From an uncultured Candidatus Rokubacteria bacterium (GTDB lineage Bacteria; Methylomirabilota; Methylomirabilia; Rokubacteriales; CSP1-6), in assembly GCA_963771355.1 (NCBI GenBank), contig CAVYTA010000006.1, positions 1,888,001 through 1,952,000 on the forward strand: a DNA stretch of 64,000 nt. The letters run 5' to 3'. A program made the translations under genes and the position numbers. The notes below the pieces were generated by a model, which made no database searches, was not told the origin of the DNA, and worked only from the letters and a program-made list of their open reading frames with translations. Shown here piece after piece: positions 28,665 to 38,113 of this stretch (position 1 is its first letter; each line of letters starts with the position of its first letter).

Positions 28665-29581
28665 GCGCGGTGGGTGCTCCCACCGGCGTGGCCCTCGAGG
28701 CCGCCCGCCCAGCGCCCGCGACCGGGCCGCCCGTCGGGATGTGGCGGCGGCGGATCATCCGGCTCAAGTGGGGCGTCGGCGCGGCGCTCGTGCTGCTCGT
28801 GGTCATTCTCAGCGCGCTGCTGGCTCCCTGGATCTCGCCCCACGATCCGCTGGCGGTGGACATCCGGCACCGGCTCGCGCCCCCGGTCTGGATGGCGGGC
28901 GGGACGCCCGAACACCCCCTGGGGACCGACCAGGTGGGCCGCGACTTGCTCTCACGCGTGATCTATGGCGGCCGCGTCTCACTCATCGTGGGAGTGAGTG
29001 CCGTCCTGCTGTCTTCCTCCGTCGGCATGCTCCTCGGGCTCGCCGCGGGCTATTTCGGGGGACGGCTGGACTGGACCGTCATGACCGTGGTCAACGTGGT
29101 CCTCACCTTTCCCTTCGTCCTCCTCGCGCTCGCCGTCATCGCGGTGCTGGGACCGAGCCTGCCCAACATGATCGCGGTGCTGGCCGTGGCGGGCTGGCCG
29201 ATCTACACTCGCGTGATCCGCGCGGAGACCATCGGGCTGAAGGAGCGGGAGTTCGTGACCGCGGGCCGCGCACTGGGCATGAGCCACCTCCGCATCATAT
29301 TCCGCCAGATCATGCCCAACCTCGTATCCGCGGGCGTGGTGATTGGAACCCTGCAGGTGGCCCAGGTCATCGTGCTCGAGTCTTTCCTCTCGTTTCTCGG
29401 ACTCGGTGTCCAGCCGCCCATTCCCGCCTGGGGCAATATGCTCGGCGAGGGGCGCGTCTACATGCTCAACTCGTGGTGGATCGCCGCCTTCCCCGGCGCG
29501 GCCATCTTCGTCACCACCCTCGTGATCAACCTGATGGGGAATGCGCTGCGCGACTGGCTGGACCCGCATATCAATCTCTGA
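28661..29581 (+). CDS. peptide/nickel ABC permease (DppC-like)
   Basis: HPLGTDQVGRD; ATGA overlap. Confidence 0.93.
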   Translation: MSAVGAPTGVALEAARPAPATGPPVGMWRRRIIRLKWGVGAALVLLVVILSALLAPWISPHDPLAVDIRHRLAPPVWMAGGTPEHPLGTDQVGRDLLSRVIYGGRVSLIVGVSAVLLSSSVGMLLGLAAGYFGGRLDWTVMTVVNVVLTFPFVLLALAVIAVLGPSLPNMIAVLAVAGWPIYTRVIRAETIGLKEREFVTAGRALGMSHLRIIFRQIMPNLVSAGVVIGTLQVAQVIVLESFLSFLGLGVQPPIPAWGNMLGEGRVYMLNSWWIAAFPGAAIFVTTLVINLMGNALRDWLDPHINL

Positions 29582-29590
29582 GGAGAGGCC

Positions 29591-31069
29591 GTGAAACTGT
29601 TCCTCGCCATGATGTCCCACGAGACCAACACCTTCAGCAACGTTCCCACCGACCGGGGGCAGTTCGAGGCGCGTAACCTCCACTACGGCGGCGAGATCCT
29701 CGAGACGTTCCGCGGCACCGGCACCTGCCTGGGCGGCATGATCGACGCCGCCGAGCGTCTCGGCGCGAGGCTGGTGCCCTCGGTGGCCGCGGCCGCCTCC
29801 CCGGCCGGGCCGGTCACCAAGGACATCTACGGGCACGTGAAGGAGCGCATGCTGGCCGACCTGCGGGCGGCGGGCCGTCTCGACGGCGTGCTTCTCGATC
29901 TCCACGGCGCCATGGTCACCGAGGGCCACGACGACGGCGAGGGCGATCTCATCCAGGCGGTGCGCGCGGTCGTGGGACCGGCGGTGCCCATCGCGGTGAC
30001 CCTGGACTTCCACGGCAATCTCTCCGAGGACATGGTGCGCGGCGCCGATCTCCTTCACGGCTACAAGACCTACCCGCACGTGGACATGGCCGAGCGCGGC
30101 ATGGAGGCCACCGCGAGGCTCCTGGAGGTCATCGCGGGGCGCCTGCGCCCCACCGCCGCCCTGCGCACGCCGCCGCTGCTGCCGCCCCTGGGCAATCAGG
30201 GCACCGCGCGTGGGCCCATGCGGCGCCTCTACGATCTCGCCGAGGCGATGGAGAAAGATCCCAAGGTAATCTCGGTGTCCATCTTCGCGGGCTTCCCCCA
30301 TGCGGACATCCCGCAGGCGGGGCTCAGCGTGTACGTGGTGACGGACGGCGACCAGGCCCTGGCCGACCGCCTCGCCGATGAGCTCGCGCAGGTCGCGTGG
30401 ACCCATCGCCACGAGTTCATCCACCAGGGCCTGCCGGTTTCCGAGGCGGTGGCGAAAGCGCTCGCGGCGGAGGGCCGGCCCATCATCCTCGCCGACATGG
30501 CCGACAATACCGGCGGCGGCGCGGCCGGCGACGGCACCGAGATCCTCCGCGAGCTGCTCCGCGTGGGCGCGCGGTCGGCGGTGGTCGCCTGCCTCTGGGA
30601 CCCCGCCGCGGTGCGCGAGTGCGCGAAGGCCGGGGTGGGCGCCAGCGTCACCCTGGACGTCGGCGGCAAGGTGGACGCCCGCCACGGCGCACCGCTGCGG
30701 GTGACCGGGACGGTGCGCACGCTGTCCGACGGGCGCTTCGTCCACAAGGGGCCCATGGCCCGCGGCCTCCCGGGCCGGCTGGGGACCACCGCGGTGCTCG
30801 ACGTGAGCGACGTCAAGGTCGTCCTCATCTCGCACCGCTGGCAGACGCTCGATCCGGAGATGCTCCGCTTCGTCGGCCTCGATCCCCTCGAGCACAAGGT
30901 ACTGGTGGTCAAGTCGACCATCCACTACCGCGCCGCCTTCGAGCCCATCGCCCGCGAGATCGTCGAGGTGGACGCCCCCGGGCTGTCCTCGTCCAATCTC
31001 GCGCGCTTCGACTTCAAGCGGATCCGCCGGCCCATCTTCCCCCTCGACCCGGACACCGCGTACCCCTGA
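29591..31069 (+). CDS. MlrC-family (M81) metallopeptidase
   Basis: HETNTFS, LHGAM, DFHGN, YPHVD, DNTGGG, VKS. Confidence 0.92.
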   Translation: MKLFLAMMSHETNTFSNVPTDRGQFEARNLHYGGEILETFRGTGTCLGGMIDAAERLGARLVPSVAAAASPAGPVTKDIYGHVKERMLADLRAAGRLDGVLLDLHGAMVTEGHDDGEGDLIQAVRAVVGPAVPIAVTLDFHGNLSEDMVRGADLLHGYKTYPHVDMAERGMEATARLLEVIAGRLRPTAALRTPPLLPPLGNQGTARGPMRRLYDLAEAMEKDPKVISVSIFAGFPHADIPQAGLSVYVVTDGDQALADRLADELAQVAWTHRHEFIHQGLPVSEAVAKALAAEGRPIILADMADNTGGGAAGDGTEILRELLRVGARSAVVACLWDPAAVRECAKAGVGASVTLDVGGKVDARHGAPLRVTGTVRTLSDGRFVHKGPMARGLPGRLGTTAVLDVSDVKVVLISHRWQTLDPEMLRFVGLDPLEHKVLVVKSTIHYRAAFEPIAREIVEVDAPGLSSSNLARFDFKRIRRPIFPLDPDTAYP

Positions 31070-31090
31070 TCCGCGGCAAGGAGACTCAGC

Positions 31091-31720
31091 ATGCCGTTCC
31101 CCGGCTTCATCACCGCTGACTTCAAGGTCTTCGACGTGGACGGCTTCGCGCCGCGGATGGCGGCGATCCGGAGCCGCCTCCGGCCCAAGCTCGAGGCGGC
31201 CGGCCGCGACCTCCTGCCCGACGTGACGCGCATCGGCGGGGCGGAGGCCTTTGCGCATGTGGCCAAGCACATGCGCCGCACCGTGAACCCGCCCGACGAT
31301 ACGTGGGTGGCCTTCGCCGCCGACAAGCGCGGCTACAAGAAGCACTGCCACTTCAAGGTCGCGATCTCGCGGGGGGCGGTGCGCTTCCTCTTCGAGGCCG
31401 GACCCGAGCACGCGCAGAAGAAGAAGTGGATCGCGGCCTGGAAGCGCCACGCGCCCAAGCTGGCGCCCCTGTTTCGGCGCGCCAAGGGTCTGGCCTGGTT
31501 CAAGAACGAGCACGATGAGACGCCCACCGCCTTCCTCGCCGATCTCTCCCTGGACGAGGTGACGCATCTGGTCGACGAGCTCACCCGCACGCGCAACGGC
31601 CAGCTCGTCCTGGGCCGAGTGGTCTCCGCCGAGGACGCCGCGCGCTGGAAGCCCGCCGACTACGCGCGAGCGGCGCGGGAGACGTTTCATGTCCTCGCGC
31701 CACTGTATAGACTGCGGTAG
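31091..31720 (+). CDS. DUF1054/YktB family protein
   Basis: HVAKHMRRTVNPPDDTWVAF, RGYKKHCHF. Confidence 0.85.
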   Translation: MPFPGFITADFKVFDVDGFAPRMAAIRSRLRPKLEAAGRDLLPDVTRIGGAEAFAHVAKHMRRTVNPPDDTWVAFAADKRGYKKHCHFKVAISRGAVRFLFEAGPEHAQKKKWIAAWKRHAPKLAPLFRRAKGLAWFKNEHDETPTAFLADLSLDEVTHLVDELTRTRNGQLVLGRVVSAEDAARWKPADYARAARETFHVLAPLYRLR

Positions 31721-31735
31721 GTGGGCACTCGACGC

Positions 31736-31882
31736 GGCGATTTACCATCAGCGGGGGCCTCGACATGGCCCCCGCCATGCCTTCTCTTCGCCCGAGTCCC
31801 CGGAACTGTCTGTTTTTCATCAGCGGGGGCCTAGACATGGCCCCCGCTCTCCCCCAGTCCGGGAACAACCTTCTGGGGACTC
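31736..31882. repeat. two copies of a REP-like palindrome (GCGGGGGCC-N7-GGCCCCCGC)
   Basis: Copies at 31736-31775 and 31818-31857; the second is nested in an outer inverted repeat 31794-31805/31871-31882. Confidence 0.85.
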
Positions 31883-31907
31883 TCGCATCCGGTCCGGCGC
31901 TCGCTTC

Positions 31908-32564
31908 GTGAACGCCCAGACGTGCATCTTCGACATGGATGGTGTTCTCGTCGATAGCGGGGTGTGGCATCGGGCGGCGTGGGCGGCGCTGCTGGAAGAG
32001 CTGGGCGCCGAGCCTCCGCGTCCCGACTACTGGCGCCTCACCATCGGCCGGCCCAGCGAGGAGGCCATCCCGCTCCTCCTCGGGCGCGCGGTGCCGGACC
32101 GGGAGTCGTATCGCCTCGCCCGGCGCAAGCGCGAGCTCTACGTGGGGTTCTCGCGCCAGGGTATGCGCGCCGTCGCGGGCGCGCCTACCTTCGTGGCTGA
32201 CCTCGCCCGGCGCGGCATCCCCCGCGCCGTCGGAACCTCGGCATCGAGCTGGGACGTGCACAATATCCTGGCCGGGCTCGGGCTCCGCCGGCACTTCGCG
32301 GTGGTGGTGACCGCCGACGACGTGAGCTCTGGTAAGCCCGACCCGGAAGTCTATGTCCTCGCCGCCCGGCGCCTCCATGCCGATCCCGCCGGCTGCATCG
32401 TCTTCGAGGACTCGGTGGTGGGGATTCACGCCGCCCGCGCGGCGGGCATGCGGGCCATCGGCGTGGCCACCGCCTACGACGAGGCGGAGCTGCTGGCGGC
32501 CGGCGCCGAACGGGTGGTCGACGACTTCCAGGGGCTCGCATGGGACTCGATCGCAAGCCCGTAG
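31908..32564 (+). CDS. HAD-family phosphatase (beta-PGM/CbbY-like)
   Basis: FDMDGVLVDS, GKPDP, FEDS. Confidence 0.9.
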   Translation: MNAQTCIFDMDGVLVDSGVWHRAAWAALLEELGAEPPRPDYWRLTIGRPSEEAIPLLLGRAVPDRESYRLARRKRELYVGFSRQGMRAVAGAPTFVADLARRGIPRAVGTSASSWDVHNILAGLGLRRHFAVVVTADDVSSGKPDPEVYVLAARRLHADPAGCIVFEDSVVGIHAARAAGMRAIGVATAYDEAELLAAGAERVVDDFQGLAWDSIASP

Positions 32565-33238
32565 GCGAACCGGGATTCTGGGAGGGGCTCTACGCCGAGG
32601 GCAACGACGGCTGGGAGCTGCGCGAGCCGAGTCCGGCGCTGGTCGCTTGGCTTGACGGGGGCGGGCGATTTACCATCAGCGGGGGCCTCGAAATGGCCCC
32701 CGCTCTCCCCCCATCGGCGGACGCTCGAAGAGTCCCCGCTCTCCCCCCATCGGCGGACGCTCCGCTGGTCGCGGTGCCGGGATGCGGGCGCGGGCATGAT
32801 GCGCGCCTGCTCGCGCAGCGGGGTTATCAGGTGGTGGGCTTCGACTTCGCGGAGGCCGCCGTGAAGGAGGCTCGCGCGCTCGCCGCCGCCGAGGGCAGCG
32901 CGGCGCGCTTCGAGCGGCGCGACATCTTCACGCTCGCCGCCGACTTCGCCGAGGCCTTCGACGCGGTGTGGGAGTACACGTGCTTCTGTGCCATCGACCC
33001 CGCGCGTCGGGCGGACTACGTGGAGGTGGTGCGCGCCATTCTGAAGCCGGGCGGCACCCTTCTCGGCTGCTTCTACCCGCTGCGGGAGGGCGGCGACGGC
33101 CCGCCGTACCCGGTGGCGCTGGCCGAGGTGGAGCAGCTCCTCGCGCCGGGCTTCCGCGTGGAGGAGTCGCGCGCGCCCGCCGCGTCCGTCGAGCGGCGGC
33201 ACGGGCTGGAGTGGCTGGTCCGCGCCACTCGCGTCTAG
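32540..33238 (+). CDS. thiopurine/thiol S-methyltransferase-like SAM-dependent methyltransferase with repeat-derived insert
   Basis: VPGCGRGHD, EYTCFCAIDP, GPPY. Confidence 0.88.
   Translation: MGLDRKPVGEPGFWEGLYAEGNDGWELREPSPALVAWLDGGGRFTISGGLEMAPALPPSADARRVPALPPSADAPLVAVPGCGRGHDARLLAQRGYQVVGFDFAEAAVKEARALAAAEGSAARFERRDIFTLAADFAEAFDAVWEYTCFCAIDPARRADYVEVVRAILKPGGTLLGCFYPLREGGDGPPYPVALAEVEQLLAPGFRVEESRAPAASVERRHGLEWLVRATRV
32664..32762 (+). repeat. third REP-like copy plus 29-nt tandem duplication, in frame inside the methyltransferase
   Basis: 32664-32703 matches 31736-31775 at 39/40; 32698-32726 equals 32734-32762. Confidence 0.9.
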
Positions 33239-34117
33239 CGCGCCAGCGCCACGCAGATCACGCCGGCCAGCACGAGGCTGGCGGCGGCGAGCCGCCGGCC
33301 CACCCCGCGCTCGCCGAACCAGAGCCGTCCGATGGCCACCGACAGCACGATGGAGATCTCGCGGGCGGCCACCACGTAGCCGGCCTTCGAGAGGCGAAAG
33401 GCGAAGAGGACGAGGAGATAGCTGGTGAGGTTGAGCGTCGAGGCCACCAGGATGGCGCGCCAGTTGGTCCGCCACTCGCGCGCCAGCGCGGCCCGCCGGC
33501 GCACCATGGCCGGCACGAGAAGCAGGCTCATGCCCACGCCGAGGATGGCGATGTACGGCACCGGGTGAAGCCGCGCCACTCCGGCCTTGTCCACCAGCGA
33601 GTAGGCCGGCGATGGAGAGTCCGGTGACGAGCGCCCAGCCCGTCCCCGCGCTCATCAGCCGGCGCGGGCCGGCGGCGGCGCTCCGCCCCGCCGAGTTGAG
33701 CCCCGCGGAGCTCAGATTGATGCCCACGATGCCCGCCACGACCAGCAGCACGCCCAGCGCGCCCAGCGCCGACGGCCGCTCGCCCAGGAAGAAGAATGCG
33801 GCGAACGGCACCAGCGCCACGCCCAGGCCGCGCGCAATCGGGTAGACGAGCGAGAACTCACCCGAGCCATAGGCGCGCCCCAGCAGGTAGAAGTACACCG
33901 CGTGAATGACGCTGGTGGCGGCGAGAAAGGGCCAGGCGGCGGCGGGCACGCCCTCGCGCGGCAGGAACCCCCAGCCCACGGGCAGGAGCACCAGGGTGGC
34001 CAGCGAGACGGAGGACCAGAGAAAGGCCAGCTGGTCCTGCGCCCGCTTCGTCAGCGCGTTCCAGGACGCATGGATGGCGGCCGCGGCGAGAACGAGGAGC
34101 AGGGCGTCGGTGCGCAT
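33235..34117 (-). pseudogene. EamA/DMT transporter with single frameshift near 33605 (or sequence error)
   Basis: HASWN and YPIARG in one frame; YSLVDK...AAREISI continues in another. Confidence 0.8.
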
Positions 34118-34289
34118 CCGCGACAGTCTACCGGACCCCTCCGCCGAGGCAGAGCAGTTCGCATGGGGGTTTACGCGAGCCGGGCATCCGGTGTAGTCTG
34201 CTGCCCACGCCGCCGGCCCGGATCGCCACGCGGCCCGGCGCGCGCGCGCCGTCGAGCCAGACACCCCTTCAGCGTGGAGGACGACACTG

Positions 34290-35624
34290 ATGTCACAGAT
34301 CACACGTCGAACGTTCCTCGGCACCGCCGGCCTCACCGCGGCCGGTGTCGCGACCGGCCCCTGGGTGCTCCGCGCCCATGCGCAGGCCCAGACCATCAAG
34401 ATCGGGATCCTGTACGACCACACCGGGCCCTTCTCCGCCGCCGGCTCCCTGAACTGCTGGCGCGGGGCCAAGATGATCATTGACTACGTCAACGAGAAGG
34501 GCGGCGTCCTCGGCAAGTACAAGATCGTCCAGGTGGACGGTGACAGCCAGTCCAAGGCCGAGGTTGCGATCAACGAGGCCGAGCGGCTCCTCAACGTGGA
34601 GAAGGTAGACATCCTCGCCGGCGTCTACTCGAGCGCCCACGCGGTGCCGCTGGCCGAGAAGGTGGACAAGCAGAAGCGCTTCCTCTGGATCACGACCGCC
34701 ATCTCGTCGAAGGTGTTCGATGGCCGGAACCTCCAGTACACCTTCCGGCCCCAGGCGACGGGCACCCAGTTCGGCGAGCTCTCGGTGGCCTACATCGCCG
34801 ACTACAGCGAGAGCATGCTCAAGAAGGCGGCGAAGGACCTCCGCCTCGCCATCATGTACGAGGACGGCGCCTACGGAGCGGACGTGGGCCTCGGCAACGA
34901 GCTGAAGGCCAAGGAGCTGGGGCTGAACGTGGTGCTGAAGGAAGGCTATTCCATCAACGCCCCCGACCTCTCCTCGCTGGTGACGAAGCTGCGCTCCGTG
35001 CGGCCCGACGTGCTCTTCCACACCGGCTACAACCCCGACATCTCGCTCTTCCTCCGGCAAGCCAAGGAGCAGGGATTGCGCATGCGCGCCTATGTCGGAC
35101 ACGGCGCGGGCCATAGCCAGATCGACAAGCTCAAGGAAGCCTTCGGCAAGGACGTCGAGTGGTTCCACACCCTCGACCCCATCGCCTCGCAGCTCCTCGA
35201 TCCCAAGAAGCTCAAGCCCGGCGTGGGCGATCTCACCGCCGAAATGGTCAAGCGCTACAAGGCGCTCTATGACCCCGCCGTGCAGCCCAACGCCATCGCC
35301 CCCCACGTGTCCATGGGCTTCAACAACATGTGGATTCTCCTCAACGACGTGGTGCCGCGCGCCATCCAGAAGCACGGCGGCTTCACACCCGACGCCCTCG
35401 CCAAAGCCGCGCGCGAGACCGACATTCCCGAGGGCGGCACCATGCAGGGCTACGGCGTGAAGTTCTATCCCCCCGGCCACCGTTTCGCCGGCCAGAACGA
35501 GCGCGCGTACCCGGCCGTCTTCCAGATCATCGAGAGCAAGTTCGAGCTTGTCTATCCCAAGGTCGTCGCCACCGCGCAGCCCGTGCTGCCGCTGCCGGCA
35601 TCCTCACCGTTCGCCGCACGCTGA
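34290..35624 (+). CDS. Liv-type ABC substrate-binding protein, Tat-exported
   Basis: TRRTFL twin-arginine signal; LivK-like IKIG...TGP start. Confidence 0.9.
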   Translation: MSQITRRTFLGTAGLTAAGVATGPWVLRAHAQAQTIKIGILYDHTGPFSAAGSLNCWRGAKMIIDYVNEKGGVLGKYKIVQVDGDSQSKAEVAINEAERLLNVEKVDILAGVYSSAHAVPLAEKVDKQKRFLWITTAISSKVFDGRNLQYTFRPQATGTQFGELSVAYIADYSESMLKKAAKDLRLAIMYEDGAYGADVGLGNELKAKELGLNVVLKEGYSINAPDLSSLVTKLRSVRPDVLFHTGYNPDISLFLRQAKEQGLRMRAYVGHGAGHSQIDKLKEAFGKDVEWFHTLDPIASQLLDPKKLKPGVGDLTAEMVKRYKALYDPAVQPNAIAPHVSMGFNNMWILLNDVVPRAIQKHGGFTPDALAKAARETDIPEGGTMQGYGVKFYPPGHRFAGQNERAYPAVFQIIESKFELVYPKVVATAQPVLPLPASSPFAAR

Positions 35625-35640
35625 GCGGAGCCATTTCGCT

Positions 35641-35678
35641 CGCCTCAGGGAGCGCCGGAACCGGCGCTCCCTGAGGCG
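35641..35678 (+). promoter_or_regulatory. perfect 18-bp intercistronic hairpin after the SBP gene
   Basis: CGCCTCAGGGAGCGCCGG-aa-CCGGCGCTCCCTGAGGCG. Confidence 0.75.
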
Positions 35679-35690
35679 GATCCCTCCCGC

Positions 35691-36422
35691 GTGCTCACCA
35701 TCACCGAGCTCACCAAGCGATTCGGGGGCTTCACCGCCCTCAACGCCGTGTCCTTCTCGGTCCGCGAGGGCGAGATCCTCGGCCTCATCGGGCCCAATGG
35801 CTCCGGCAAGACCACGCTGTTCAACTGCGTGTCGGGCGCGTTGATCCCCACCGCCGGCTCCATCCGCTTCAAGGACGCCGAGATCGCCGGGCTGACCCCC
35901 GACCGCATCTGTCACCGGGGCATCGCCCGGACCTTCCAGATCCCGCGCCCCTTCCGCAAGCTCACCATCGTCGAGAACGTGGCGGTGGCCGCGCACTACG
36001 GCGCGGAAACGCGCACCGGCGAGGCGGAGGCGCGGGTCAAGGCCGCGGAGATCCTGCGCCTGGTCGGCTTGCCCGCCGACCCCGACGCGGTGCCCACCCT
36101 CCTCGGCGCGGGCGGCCTCAAGAAGCTCGAGCTGGCACGTGCGCTTGCCACCGGGCCGCGGCTTCTCCTCGCCGACGAGAGCCTGGGCGGGCTCGACCAC
36201 GCCGAGATGAGCGGCGCCGCCGAGATGCTCCGCCGCATCCGGGGCGAGCTGGGGATCACCATCGTGTGGGTCGAGCACATCATGGCCACCCTGATGCGGG
36301 TGGTCGACCGGGTGGTCGTGCTCGACCACGGCGAGAAGATCGCAGAGGGGCGGCCCCTCGAAGTGGCCAAGGATCCGACCGTCATCGAAGCCTACCTCGG
36401 CGACACGGCGGCGCTGGCATGA
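35691..36422 (+). CDS. Liv-type ABC ATPase (LivG-like)
   Basis: GPNGSGKT, ARTFQ. Confidence 0.92.
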   Translation: MLTITELTKRFGGFTALNAVSFSVREGEILGLIGPNGSGKTTLFNCVSGALIPTAGSIRFKDAEIAGLTPDRICHRGIARTFQIPRPFRKLTIVENVAVAAHYGAETRTGEAEARVKAAEILRLVGLPADPDAVPTLLGAGGLKKLELARALATGPRLLLADESLGGLDHAEMSGAAEMLRRIRGELGITIVWVEHIMATLMRVVDRVVVLDHGEKIAEGRPLEVAKDPTVIEAYLGDTAALA

Positions 36423-37129
36423 GCATGCTCGAGCTGCGGAAGGTCACCGCGGGTTACGGTCACTTCACCGCCCTGTGGGATGTGGACCTCACGGTGGCGT
36501 CCGGCGAGGCGGTGGCGGTGGTGGGTCCCAACGGCGCGGGCAAGACCACCCTCATGCGCGTGATCTCGGGGCTCATCGCCCCGCGCGCCGGCGAGCTCGT
36601 CTTCGAGGGGGCCGCGCTCGCCGGCCGGCCCGCCCACGAGATCGTGGCCCACGGCATCGCCCACGTGCCCGAGGGACGCCGGCTCTTCCCCGCGCTCACC
36701 GTCGCCGACAATCTCAAGATGGGCGCCTACCTGCCCGCCGCGCGGGCCCGATACGCGGAAAGCCTGGAGCGCGTCTACACCCTCTTCCCGGTCCTGGCGG
36801 AGCGAAGCACCCAGCGCGCGGGCAGCATGTCCGGCGGCGAGCAACAGATGCTCGCGGTGGGGCGCGCCCTCATGTCGCGGCCGAAGATCATCCTGCTCGA
36901 CGAGCCCTCCATGGGCCTGGCCCCGGTGGTGGTCCTCCGCCTCTTCGACCTCATCCGGCGCGTGCGCGAGGAGGGTTACACCATCCTGGTGGTGGAGCAG
37001 AACGTGCGGCAGGTGCTCAAGCTCGTGGACCGCGCCTATCTCCTCGAGGTGGGCCGCATCAAGATGGAAGGCCGCGCCGCCGACCTCTCCGAGCACGACT
37101 TCGTCCGCAAGGCATATGTGGGTTTGTGA
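36419..37129 (+). CDS. Liv-type ABC ATPase (LivF-like)
   Basis: GPNGAGKT, MSGGEQQM, LLDEP. Confidence 0.93.
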   Translation: MSMLELRKVTAGYGHFTALWDVDLTVASGEAVAVVGPNGAGKTTLMRVISGLIAPRAGELVFEGAALAGRPAHEIVAHGIAHVPEGRRLFPALTVADNLKMGAYLPAARARYAESLERVYTLFPVLAERSTQRAGSMSGGEQQMLAVGRALMSRPKIILLDEPSMGLAPVVVLRLFDLIRRVREEGYTILVVEQNVRQVLKLVDRAYLLEVGRIKMEGRAADLSEHDFVRKAYVGL

Positions 37130-37247
37130 GGCGCAGCAGGTTTGTGAGCCGCAGCCGAAGGCGAGGCGAACGCATATGGAAATCTTGAGTCGCCGCCAAC
37201 CGGCTCCGTCAATCGTCAGTCGCCGCCAACCGGGTCGCCTCCAACCG
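37121..37247 (+). repeat. cluster of short direct duplications
   Basis: 37121-37137 ~ 37139-37155; 37181-37203 ~ 37211-37233; partial third copy 37234-37247. Confidence 0.75.
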
Positions 37248-38113
37248 TGATCGATCCCATCTTCATCGCGGAAGCGGCCGTGAACGGCATCCTCCTCGGC
37301 GGCATCCTCGCCCTCCTCGCGCTCGGCCTCAACCTGATCTTCGGCGTCATCGACATCGTCTGGATCGCATACGTCGACCTCGTCATGCTGTGCATGTACG
37401 CGATGTACTTCCTCGTGCAGGTGTACGGCTGGCCGGTCTGGGCCGCGGGCCTGGTCTCGCTGCTCCTGGGCGCCGTCCTCGGCGTGGGGGTCCACCTCCT
37501 CATCATCACGCCGATCCTCGGCAGCCCGCCCGTCAACCAGCTCCTCGCCACCGGCGGACTCCTCTTCTTCATCCAGTCCTTCGCCACCTTCCTCTGGACC
37601 ACCGACCACAAGACCGTGCGCCTGTCCCTGCCTTCCTACGAGGTGGCCGGCATCTTCCTGCCCGCCGGGCGCATCATCCCCTTCGTGATCTCCATCGTCG
37701 CCATGGTGGCGCTGTACCTCTTCCTCACGCGCACCTACATGGGCACGGCGATCCGCGCCGTTTCCCAGGACCGCGATGCCATGCGCCTGATGGGGGCCGA
37801 CCCGCAGCGGGTCTACATCGTCACCTCCGCGGTGGGCGGCCTCATGGCGGGTCTGGCGGGCGCGCTCCTCATCTTCCAGTACTCGGTGCACCCGTTCTTC
37901 GGGGGCCAGTTCGGGCCGCTCACCTTCATGATCTGCGTGCTCGGCGGGCTCGGGAACATGGTGGGGGCCTTCATCGCCTCCTTCATCATGAGCGAGATCA
38001 TCTCGGTCTCCGGCGTGCTCTGGTCCACCGAGATGGGCTACGTGATCGCCTTCGTGGTGTTCATCGTCATGATCTTCGCCCGCCCCGGCGGCATCATGGC
38101 GAAGCGGCAGTGA
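37247..38113 (+). CDS. Liv-type ABC permease (LivH-like)
   Basis: ALGLNLIFGV, GTAIRAV, LGGLG. Confidence 0.92.
   Translation: MIDPIFIAEAAVNGILLGGILALLALGLNLIFGVIDIVWIAYVDLVMLCMYAMYFLVQVYGWPVWAAGLVSLLLGAVLGVGVHLLIITPILGSPPVNQLLATGGLLFFIQSFATFLWTTDHKTVRLSLPSYEVAGIFLPAGRIIPFVISIVAMVALYLFLTRTYMGTAIRAVSQDRDAMRLMGADPQRVYIVTSAVGGLMAGLAGALLIFQYSVHPFFGGQFGPLTFMICVLGGLGNMVGAFIASFIMSEIISVSGVLWSTEMGYVIAFVVFIVMIFARPGGIMAKRQ

Noticed and set aside
29591..31069. Microcystin degradation pathway
   Set aside because: MlrC-family peptidases are widespread; no mlrA or mlrB in the window
10501..37247. Short repeat clusters considered as CRISPR arrays
   Set aside because: Units are too short or degenerate, lack unique 30-40 nt spacers, and no cas operon is present
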